The notes beneath the pieces were generated by a model. It saw only the letters and a program-made list of their open reading frames with translations, did no database searches and was not told where the DNA came from. From NCBI GenBank assembly GCA_965116905.1, contig OZ220732.1, positions 3,008,001-3,072,000 on the forward strand: a DNA stretch of 64,000 bases, read 5' to 3'. Shown here one piece after another: positions 43,584 through 51,010 of the stretch (positions are counted from its first letter, which is position 1; each line of letters opens with the position of its first letter). This DNA is from Longimicrobiales bacterium (GTDB taxonomy: Bacteria; Gemmatimonadota; Gemmatimonadetes; Longimicrobiales; Gaopeijiaceae). The translations under genes and the position numbers were made by a program.

Positions 43584-43946
43584 TCAGGCGTGTGGCGGAG
43601 CCCTTGGTATTCCCGGTGCGGACCAGATCGACGCGTCGGCCGGCAGCGGCCAATCCGGGCACCGCTGCGCAATGTGGATGGGCGCAGCGCTACCGCCGGG
43701 TATCGAAATCCCGGGTGTGGCGCCCGTCGCCCACAGCGACCGCACGATCTGACAGAAGAGGTGCCCGTGATGACCCAGGCACTCGGTGCTCTCCGGTGTT
43801 TCGATGTGCACCGGCGACCCGAATTGGGCCTTGTCCAGAACGGCATCCGCAGGAACCAGCAACGTTGCAACGGCCACCTGGGCCGCAGCGATGCACGAAA
43901 CGGCGACTCGCCGCCACCCGCGCCTGCTGGATTGCCGTAGGAACAA
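43584..43946 (-). CDS. DUF2946/CruR-like leader peptide with C-terminal RAPP arrest motif
   Basis: Basic N-terminus plus hydrophobic segment; H.E....ECLGHHGHLFC cluster; Pro/Ala-rich linker; ends PRAPPHA*; directly upstream of a TonB receptor. TTG start uncertain. Confidence 0.75.
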   Translation of the reverse strand: MFLRQSSRRGWRRVAVSCIAAAQVAVATLLVPADAVLDKAQFGSPVHIETPESTECLGHHGHLFCQIVRSLWATGATPGISIPGGSAAPIHIAQRCPDWPLPADASIWSAPGIPRAPPHA

Positions 43947-44000
43947 AGTCGTCGCCTTGCTGATGCCGGGTGCACTGGCTGGTCGTCAAGACTCAGCACA

Positions 44001-44074
44001 TGGGCCCAGAGGGACTTGAACCCCCGACCGTCGGATTATGAGTCCGCTGCTCTGACCGCCTGAGCTATGGGCCC
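44001..44074 (-). tRNA. tRNA with CAU anticodon, probably tRNA-Ile2 (lysidine-modified); CCA not encoded
   Basis: GGGCCCA/TGGGCCC acceptor stem, TAGCTCAG D-arm, CTCATAA loop, GGTTCAAGTCC T-arm. G1-C72 is paired (not initiator); C4-G69 and C5-G68 fit TilS substrates. Confidence 0.93.
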
Positions 44075-44114
44075 GGATAAGGCTAACGAATCCACCGATC
44101 CCCGGCCACCACGC

Positions 44115-44750
44115 TCAGGAGGTCCCGAACAGCCGGTCTCCGGCGTCGCCGAGGCCGGGCACGATGTACCCCACATCGTTCAGCTGGCGGTCCAGGGCGG
44201 CGGCGTATACGGGGACATCCGGATGCCGGGCCGTCATGTGCGCCGCGCCCTCGGGAGCAGCCACCACGCACATCAGGCGAATGTCGGTGGCGCCTTGCGA
44301 TTTCAGTTCGGAGGCCGCCGCTGCCGCCGTCCCGCCCGTGCCCAGCATCGGGTCGAGCAGCAGGCAGGTCGAGCGCCCGCTCGGCGAAGGCAGCTTCCCG
44401 TAGTACCTCACGGGCTCGAGCGTCTCCTCGTTCCTGTAGAATCCCAGATGTCCCACCTTCACCCCGGGAATCAGCTTTCGGACGCCCTCCAACATTCCCA
44501 GTCCCGCCCTCAGGATGGGGACGGCCACCAGGCGGTCTTCGCGGATGCGGCGCAAGCGGGTGGTTTCGAGCGGAGTCTCAACGCTCACCTCGTCGCCCTC
44601 CAACGCCCGCGTTACATGAAATGTCATCAGCAGTGTGATCTGATCGAGAAGCTCCTTGAACTCCGGCGACCGGGTGCGCTTGTCCCTCAGGAAGGACAGC
44701 TTGTGCTCGATCAGTGGATGACGGACCACTTCCAGCGTCGAATCAGACAC
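44115..44750 (-). CDS. upp: uracil phosphoribosyltransferase
   Basis: HPLIEHKL, PILRAGLGM, DPML.TGGT, GYIVPGLGDAGDRLFGT. Confidence 0.96.
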   Translation of the reverse strand: MSDSTLEVVRHPLIEHKLSFLRDKRTRSPEFKELLDQITLLMTFHVTRALEGDEVSVETPLETTRLRRIREDRLVAVPILRAGLGMLEGVRKLIPGVKVGHLGFYRNEETLEPVRYYGKLPSPSGRSTCLLLDPMLGTGGTAAAAASELKSQGATDIRLMCVVAAPEGAAHMTARHPDVPVYAAALDRQLNDVGYIVPGLGDAGDRLFGTS

Positions 44751-44762
44751 GCGTATCTCCTT

Positions 44763-45560
44763 TCAACCCCGGCGACCCCGGTCGTCCCGGCGGCCCCGGC
44801 GATCCCGGTGCCCCACGAGGCTCCTGGCCTCGGCCAACTCGGAGCGGCGGGCAGGCCTCCAGGCTCCCGGCTTCAGGCCCCCCAGCCGAAACGGGCCGAA
44901 CCGGGTCCGCGCCAGGGAGCGCGGGGGATGGCCCACCGCCCTGAGGAGCCGGCGAACCTCCCGTTTTCTGCCCTCGGTGAGCACGATCCGGACACCCGGC
45001 TCGTCGCCTTCCCACTCGATCCTGCGCACCCTTGCCGGGCGGGCAAAGCCGTCCTCCAGCTCCACCCCTCCCTTGAGGCGTTTCAGCGTGCGGGAGCTGA
45101 GTCGCGCCGCAATGCGCGCCTGGTACTCGCGCTCGATCCTCCCGCGGGGGTGCGCCAGAGCGGCGGCGAGGTCGCCTTCGTTGGTCAGGAGCAACAGGCC
45201 GGAAGTATCGCGGTCCAGCCGTCCCACGTAGCGCAGCCCGCTGGCCCAGGGTGGCAGAAGGTCGTACACCGTCTTGCCCCCGTGAGGGTCGCTCCTGGTA
45301 CAGAGGACGCCGACCGGCTTGTGGAAGACGATCCAGCGGCGAGGCGCGGGCTCCACGACCCGGCCATCCAGGGAAACCACGTCGGTCCCGGGGAGCACAC
45401 GGGCTCCCATCCGGGTGACGGGCTCACCGTTGATGGCGACGCGGCCTTCCCTGATCATCACTTCGGCCTGGCGACGCGACGCGGCCCCTGCCTGAGACAT
45501 GTACTTCTGCACACGCACCCGCTTCTGCACACGCACCCGCGAGGGAGCCTCAGGCTTCAC
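44763..45560 (-). CDS. rluB: 23S rRNA pseudouridine synthase (RluB-like)
   Basis: S4 domain QKYMSQAGAASRR, HKPVG, VGRLDRDTSGLLLLTNEG, EGRKREVRR; start approximate. Confidence 0.9.
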   Translation of the reverse strand: MKPEAPSRVRVQKRVRVQKYMSQAGAASRRQAEVMIREGRVAINGEPVTRMGARVLPGTDVVSLDGRVVEPAPRRWIVFHKPVGVLCTRSDPHGGKTVYDLLPPWASGLRYVGRLDRDTSGLLLLTNEGDLAAALAHPRGRIEREYQARIAARLSSRTLKRLKGGVELEDGFARPARVRRIEWEGDEPGVRIVLTEGRKREVRRLLRAVGHPPRSLARTRFGPFRLGGLKPGAWRPARRSELAEARSLVGHRDRRGRRDDRGRRG

Positions 45561-46221
45561 TCTGCGGATCCGTGATGCCGTCGGCGTGGGCAAGCACCGC
45601 CTCCACCGCGTCCTCTGCGCTCGGGGACTCGTCCGCATCGTCCTCGCCCCCCGCCTCGTCCTCTGCCGAGTCGGCCGACGCATCGTCCAGGGGTGCCCTG
45701 TCCCGGAGAACCACGGGGAGTTCTTCCGGCCTCGGCAGGTGCTCCATCGAGGGGAACCCGAAGTGCTCCAGGAACCGCGCCGTGGTGCCGTAGAGCATGG
45801 GCCGCCCGACCCCTTCTCCACGGCCCACCGCCTCGATCAGTTCGCGGTCCAGAAGGGTGCGTATCACACCCGTCGAATTGACGCCGCGCACGTATTCGAC
45901 CTCGATCCGGCTGATGGGCTGCCTGTAGGCCACGATCGCCAGCGCCTCCAGGGCGGGACCGGACAGCCGCGACGACTTCGGCACCGTGTCGAAGCGCTCG
46001 AGGTACGGAGCGAACTCGGGCCGCGTCATCAGTTGCACGCCATCCGCGACCTCCCGCAGCTCGAACGCGCGCCCCGAGTTGTCGTATTCCGCACGCAATG
46101 CGGCCAGCGCCTCCTCCACGCGGTCCTCGTCGAGAACCTCGTCCGCGCGCGCGATCTCGCCCGGCGACAGCGGGGCATCGCTCGCAAAGAGGATGGCCTC
46201 TACAATGCTGGCGTCGTTCAT
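45550..46221 (-). CDS. scpB: SMC-Scp complex subunit ScpB
   Basis: VEAILFAS, LSGPALEALAIVAYRQPISR.EVEYVRGV, GRPMLYGTT..FLEHFG. Confidence 0.95.
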   Translation of the reverse strand: MNDASIVEAILFASDAPLSPGEIARADEVLDEDRVEEALAALRAEYDNSGRAFELREVADGVQLMTRPEFAPYLERFDTVPKSSRLSGPALEALAIVAYRQPISRIEVEYVRGVNSTGVIRTLLDRELIEAVGRGEGVGRPMLYGTTARFLEHFGFPSMEHLPRPEELPVVLRDRAPLDDASADSAEDEAGGEDDADESPSAEDAVEAVLAHADGITDPQSEA

Positions 46222-46958
46222 GTCGTGTCGTCGAGCTCCACGTCGAGGTTGCGGCCCTTGTAGAACCAGAGTGGCGAGAAGGGCTCGCGCTGCCTGAGCG
46301 CCACCACGCGGCGCCGGCCCAACTCGAGTCCGGCCAGCAGCGTCATGACACCGTGCATGCGCTGCTTCCAGGGCGCAACCAGGCTGGAAAACTCGATCCG
46401 GCTCGCTCTCTTCACCGCCCCCACGATCAACCCGACCTTTTCCCGCATGGCCACCGGGCGCACCGCAACCCGGTGCTCGATCCGGCGCTGCACCGGAGAT
46501 TCCACTCCCAGCGCCGCCGCGTAGAGCTGGTCCCAGGTTGCGCTCAGTGGAGCATCGGCCAGCGCCGGTCTGGGCCTCGGCGCCACGTAGCCTTTTGCGA
46601 AACGCCGGCCGCGGTCGCTCTCCGCAGCGCGCATCCGGGTCGCGACCTCCCGGACCAGTTCGTACTCGAGCAGCCTTCGCACCAGTTCCGCGCGCGGGTC
46701 GTCGTCTTCCTCGTCCGTGGGGCTGGGCAGGAGCATGCGGGCCTTGATCCGTATCAGCGTGGCCGCCATCTCCAGGAATTCGCCCGCCTCGTCCACGCCG
46801 GTTGCGCCGAGGTCCTCGGTGGCCTGCAGGAACTGATGCGTGATCCGTGCGATCGGGATGTCGAAGATGTCGATGTCCTGCGCGCGGATCAGGTGAAGAA
46901 GAAGGTCGAGCGGACCGCGGAAGCGGTCGGTCTCGACGACCATGAATGCCTCGGTCAT
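46218..46958 (-). CDS. scpA: segregation/condensation protein A
   Basis: F.GPLDLLLHLI, DIFDIPIA.IT.QF, EFLEMAATLIRIKARMLLP, DPRAELVRRLLEY. Confidence 0.95.
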   Translation of the reverse strand: MTEAFMVVETDRFRGPLDLLLHLIRAQDIDIFDIPIARITHQFLQATEDLGATGVDEAGEFLEMAATLIRIKARMLLPSPTDEEDDDPRAELVRRLLEYELVREVATRMRAAESDRGRRFAKGYVAPRPRPALADAPLSATWDQLYAAALGVESPVQRRIEHRVAVRPVAMREKVGLIVGAVKRASRIEFSSLVAPWKQRMHGVMTLLAGLELGRRRVVALRQREPFSPLWFYKGRNLDVELDDTT

Positions 46959-47605
46959 GGCACCGGCGCCAATCCGAGCACCCACTCAAACGCGACGAAC
47001 ACCGGAGAGAGCAATACGCCGAACGCACCGGGGAACACCAGGACGGTCAGGAACAGCAGGGTCACCCCGTAGCGTCCCAGCTGGCGGTAGCGGGCTCCAA
47101 CCGCAGGGGGTAGGAGATGATACAACACATGGGAGCCATCGAGCGGCGGAATCGGAATCAGGTTGAAATAGGCTAGAATCAGGTTTATGAAAACACCATA
47201 GGTTAGCATTTGCGCGAGACTTATTCCGACTCGCCCGTCAACCAGCGGCAGGTCCTGGAGGAGCACGACGGCGACCAGCCCCAGGGCGCACACGACCACT
47301 AGGCCGAGGTTCGAGACGATGCCGGCAAGCGAAACGCGGATGTCGCCCGCCGGGTAGCTGCGGTAATTGCGCGGGTTCACCGGAACCGGTTTGGCCCACC
47401 CGAACAGGAAATCGCCGGGAAGCAGGTACAGCACCAGGGGCACCAGGACCGAGCCCATCGGGTCCAGATGGGGAATCGGGTTGAGCGTCAGGCGGCCGAG
47501 GTCGCGGGCCGTGGTGTCCCCTTCCCTCAGCGCCTGCCACGCGTGAGCCACCTCGTGGACGACGACCGAAAACAGCAGAACGGGCAAGATCAGAAGGATT
47601 TCCAT
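46955..47605 (-). CDS. site-2 protease family (M50)
   Basis: HEVAH, GRLTLNP..HLDP.G, GWAKPVPVNP, FNLIPIPPLDGS. Confidence 0.92.
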   Translation of the reverse strand: MEILLILPVLLFSVVVHEVAHAWQALREGDTTARDLGRLTLNPIPHLDPMGSVLVPLVLYLLPGDFLFGWAKPVPVNPRNYRSYPAGDIRVSLAGIVSNLGLVVVCALGLVAVVLLQDLPLVDGRVGISLAQMLTYGVFINLILAYFNLIPIPPLDGSHVLYHLLPPAVGARYRQLGRYGVTLLFLTVLVFPGAFGVLLSPVFVAFEWVLGLAPVP

Positions 47606-47612
47606 AACCGGA

Positions 47613-47641
47613 ATTGTAGAAAGGTCCCCCGGCGGCTGCCA
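47613..47641 (-). promoter_or_regulatory. putative leaderless sigma70 promoter for S2P-scpA-scpB-rluB-upp
   Basis: TGGCAG-N17-TACAAT, with ATG seven nt after the -10 and no SD. Confidence 0.55.
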
Positions 47642-47681
47642 GCCCGGTCGCGGTGGCGGGCGGGCGCCTTGCGGGCGGCGG

Positions 47682-47710
47682 TTGATCGGATTGGCCCCCG
47701 GTTCTACCTT
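47682..47710 (+). promoter_or_regulatory. putative rpsT promoter
   Basis: TTGATC-N17-TACCTT, followed by a leader hairpin at 47716-47738. Confidence 0.55.
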
Positions 47711-47778
47711 TCGAACCGGCCCTCCTTTCGGAGGCCGGCAGCAGAGCGCACGACCCACTGCGGGGAAACCATACCGAG

Positions 47779-48033
47779 ATGCCCAACATCAAGAGTGCGA
47801 AGAAGCGGATGGAACTGAGCCGGGAGGCGCGGAGCCGCAACCGCGTAACCCGTTCCCGCATCCGCACCGCGGTTCGCAGGGTACGCGAAGCCGATACGCA
47901 TGAGAACGCGGAAGAACAGCGCCGCGACGCGGTTGCGCTGATCGACAGGGCCGCGAACCGCCGGGTACTTCACCCGAACAAGGCCGGCCGCATCAAGTCC
48001 CAGCTGGACCGCCTGGTCCGCGGGCACGAGTAG
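47779..48033 (+). CDS. rpsT: 30S ribosomal protein S20
   Basis: MPNIKSAKKR...RN...RSRIRTAVR...IDRAA...[13 protein letters not shown]. Confidence 0.97.
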   Translation: MPNIKSAKKRMELSREARSRNRVTRSRIRTAVRRVREADTHENAEEQRRDAVALIDRAANRRVLHPNKAGRIKSQLDRLVRGHE

Positions 48034-49327
48034 CGGGCCCCAGGCTCCAGACCGTCTCGCCGCCCACCAGTGTCCTGACGACCCTTCCCACCACGCCCGC
48101 CCCTTCGAAGGGCGTATTCCGGCCCTTGGAGAGGAAGTCTTCGGACGCGACCGTCCAATCCGTCCCGGCGTCGATGAGCACGATGTCGGCCGGCTGACCG
48201 GGTTCCAGACTGCCTCCGGGCAAGCCGAGAGCCCGCGCGGGACCGGTCGACATCCGGTGCAGCAAGTCGCTCAGCGGAAGCAGGTCCTTACGCACCAGAC
48301 CCGTGTGCAGCACGGCGAACGCGGTCTCCAGGCCCACCGCACCGTGAGGCGCGTCGTCGAAGGCCTGCTCCTTTTCGTCGTAGTGGCGCGGCGCGTGGTC
48401 CGTCGCAATGCAGTCGATGGTCCCGTCGGCCAGCGCCGCGGCCAGCAACTCCACGTCGCGCGCCGTCCGCAGCGGTGGGTCGACCTTGTATTCCGTGCCG
48501 TAGCCCTCGAGCAGCTTGTGGGACAGCAACAGATGGTGCGGCGTGGCTTCTGCGGTAACGTGCACGCCGGCGGCCTTCGCCGAGCGGATCAGTTCGGCCG
48601 CCGCGCCCGTTGAGACCCGCTGCAGATGAAGCCGTCCGCCGGTCGCGCGGGCAAGTGCGAGGTCGCGCGCAACGCCGATCTCTTCCGCGACGGCCGGCTT
48701 CCCGCGCAACCCCAGCCGTGTCGACATGACGCCTTCGTGCATGACGCCGCGCAGCGCAAGATCGCGGTCCTCGCCATGGGACAGCACCGGCACGCCGAAC
48801 GACCTGGCGTACTCGAGCGCGAGCCGCATCAGGGTGGAGGAGGCGACGGGCCTGCCCGCGTCGCAGACGGCAACGGCGCCGGCATCCACGATCTCGCCGA
48901 ACTCGGTGAGGCGCTCCCCCTTGCAGCCTGCGGACAGCGCCGCGACCGGGTAAACCCTGGCGCCGCGTGCGCGCCGTCCCTCGGCAACGATGAAGCCCAC
49001 CGACGCGGGATCGTCCACGACCGGATCCGTGTCGGGCATCGCGCAGACGCTCGTATAGCCACCGGCCGCAGCCGCCATCGTTCCCGTGCGGATCGTCTCG
49101 CGGTGCTCCCATCCCGGCTCGCAGAGGTGCACGTGCGGATCCACGAACCCCGGCGCCACGACGAGGCCGCGCGCGTCCACCACATCCGCGTCGTCCACGT
49201 CGTCCGCGTCGAGCCCGGCGGCCACCGCTTCGATGCGGCCGTCCACGACAAGTACGTCCGAGTTGTCCGCGTCGAGCCCGGTGGCCGGATCGATCACGCG
49301 TCCCCCGCTGATGAGAACCCGGCTCAT
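47993..49327 (-). CDS. pyrC: dihydroorotase-like protein (type I fold), probably catalytically impaired PyrC'
   Basis: [26 protein letters not shown] and ATDHAP in a pyrR-pyrB operon; several active-site substitutions (see findings). Confidence 0.88.
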   Translation of the reverse strand: MSRVLISGGRVIDPATGLDADNSDVLVVDGRIEAVAAGLDADDVDDADVVDARGLVVAPGFVDPHVHLCEPGWEHRETIRTGTMAAAAGGYTSVCAMPDTDPVVDDPASVGFIVAEGRRARGARVYPVAALSAGCKGERLTEFGEIVDAGAVAVCDAGRPVASSTLMRLALEYARSFGVPVLSHGEDRDLALRGVMHEGVMSTRLGLRGKPAVAEEIGVARDLALARATGGRLHLQRVSTGAAAELIRSAKAAGVHVTAEATPHHLLLSHKLLEGYGTEYKVDPPLRTARDVELLAAALADGTIDCIATDHAPRHYDEKEQAFDDAPHGAVGLETAFAVLHTGLVRKDLLPLSDLLHRMSTGPARALGLPGGSLEPGQPADIVLIDAGTDWTVASEDFLSKGRNTPFEGAGVVGRVVRTLVGGETVWSLGPATRARGPGGPAGT

Positions 49328-50295
49328 GCGCCCGTCCAGTCCCGCGCCGCCTCGGCGAGGTGCGGCGCACCGCCCGCCAGCAGGTAGAGGACCGCCATGC
49401 GCACGGCCACTCCGTTGGTCACCTGCTGGAGGATCACGGAGTGAGGCCCGTCCGCCACATCCGAATCGATCTCGACGCCACGATTCATCGGTCCGGGGTG
49501 CATGATCAGCAACTCCTTCGGCGCGCGGTCCAGCCGTTGGCGCGTGATCCCGAACACGCGGTTGTACTCCCTGAGCGATGGCACGAAGCCGTCCTGCATC
49601 CGCTCCAGCTGCAGGCGCAGCACGTTCAGAGCGTCCGCCCACCGGATCGCGTCGTCGACCCGCGCGAAGACCCGCACGCCGAGCCGCTCGATCCGCGCCG
49701 GCAGCAGGGTGCGCGGCCCGCACACGCCGACCCTCGCGCCCAGCTTGACCAGACCGTAGATGTTGGACCGCGCCACGCGCGAGTGCAGCACGTCCCCCAC
49801 GATGCACACCCGGAGGCCTTCAAGGCTTCCGAAGTGGTCGCGGAGCGTGAGGATGTCCAGCAATCCCTGGGTGGGATGCTCGTGCGCGCCGTCGCCCGCG
49901 TTGATCACGTTGGAGGGGATGCGCGCCGCCAGGAAGGACGCGGCGCCGGCCGACCAGTGGCGGATCACCACCATGTCGATGCTCATCGCCTCGAGGTTGC
50001 GCGCCGTGTCCACAAGGGTCTCCCCCTTCGAAACCGACGACCCGGAGGCGCCGACGTTCACCGTGTCGGCAGAGAGCCGCTTTTCGGCGAATTCAAAGGA
50101 TATCCGGGTCCGGGTGGAGGGCTCGAAGAAGAGGTTGACGATGGTTTTGCCGCGCAGCACCGGGAGCTTCTTGATGCGCCGTCCGGTGATCTCCTTGAAG
50201 GGCTCGGCGGTATCCAGGATGACTCGAATCTGATCCGGCGACAGGGGCTCCAGCCCGATCAGGTCCTTGCCCAGAGCCGCCGTGGATCCGGTCAT
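49324..50295 (-). CDS. pyrB: aspartate carbamoyltransferase catalytic subunit
   Basis: [39 protein letters not shown]. Confidence 0.97.
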   Translation of the reverse strand: MTGSTAALGKDLIGLEPLSPDQIRVILDTAEPFKEITGRRIKKLPVLRGKTIVNLFFEPSTRTRISFEFAEKRLSADTVNVGASGSSVSKGETLVDTARNLEAMSIDMVVIRHWSAGAASFLAARIPSNVINAGDGAHEHPTQGLLDILTLRDHFGSLEGLRVCIVGDVLHSRVARSNIYGLVKLGARVGVCGPRTLLPARIERLGVRVFARVDDAIRWADALNVLRLQLERMQDGFVPSLREYNRVFGITRQRLDRAPKELLIMHPGPMNRGVEIDSDVADGPHSVILQQVTNGVAVRMAVLYLLAGGAPHLAEAARDWTGA

Positions 50296-50846
50296 CCGCT
50301 CTCCACGGCGCTCAGTACCACCGCCAGCCGCCCGTCGGTCTCCGGCACGAGCACATCCACCCGCTGATTCGCCAGCACCTGAAACGCGCGGCCCACGATG
50401 TCCGGCTGGATCGGCAGTTCACGGTCGCCGCGGTCCACGAGCACGCAGAGGAGAATGCGCGCGGGACGCCCCCAATCCATGAGTTCGTTCAGGGCGGCGC
50501 GTGCCGTGCGCCCGGTGTACAGCACATCGTCCACCAGCACGACCGCCATGTCGTCCAGACCACCGGGCGGGAGCTTCGTCTCGCCGACCACCGGACGCGG
50601 TCCGACGGTCATCAGATCGTCCCGGTAGAGGGTGATGTCCAGTGTACCGGTGGCGACTTCGATCCCCCCGGCGGCGGCGATGGCGCCGGAGATCATGCCG
50701 GCGAGATCGACCCCGCGCCGCTGGATGCCGATGAGCACGAGACGACGGGTGCCTCCCAGCTTCTCCACAACCTCGTGCGCCATGCGGTCGACGGCACGCC
50801 GGACATCCGCGCCGTCCATGAGCACCGTTGGGTTCGTGGGGGTCAC
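50292..50846 (-). CDS. pyrR: PyrR pyrimidine regulator / uracil PRTase
   Basis: [40 protein letters not shown]; start uncertain (50846 or 50861). Confidence 0.94.
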   Translation of the reverse strand: MTPTNPTVLMDGADVRRAVDRMAHEVVEKLGGTRRLVLIGIQRRGVDLAGMISGAIAAAGGIEVATGTLDITLYRDDLMTVGPRPVVGETKLPPGGLDDMAVVLVDDVLYTGRTARAALNELMDWGRPARILLCVLVDRGDRELPIQPDIVGRAFQVLANQRVDVLVPETDGRLAVVLSAVESG

Positions 50847-51010
50847 CTTTCGGTTTCGCACTCCTCCAAGAGGCCGCGATCATCGCGGCGGACAGCGTTC
50901 CGGGCGGCCCAAAGGTAATTGCACGGGAAGCCGTCGGCCAACATCATGGTGGGGTTCCGGGTTCGGCGACTCCCGGCCCTGCACGTTCCCACCGCCCACG
51001 GGGAGCCCTC

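Noticed and set aside
43490..43999. N-terminal extension of the TonB receptor to 915 aa
   Set aside because: The extension is Arg/Pro-rich and precedes a clear signal peptide; the region is better explained by the RAPP leader ORF in another frame.
43947..44074. Genomic island integrated at the tRNA
   Set aside because: No integrase and no duplicated tRNA 3' end (att site) was seen in the window.
44001..44074. Initiator tRNA-fMet
   Set aside because: The 1-72 pair is Watson-Crick and the three consecutive G-C anticodon-stem pairs are absent. Elongator Met is not fully excluded.
50862..51010. PyrR-binding attenuator upstream of pyrR
   Set aside because: No recognisable PyrR binding-loop consensus or U-tailed terminator on the minus strand.
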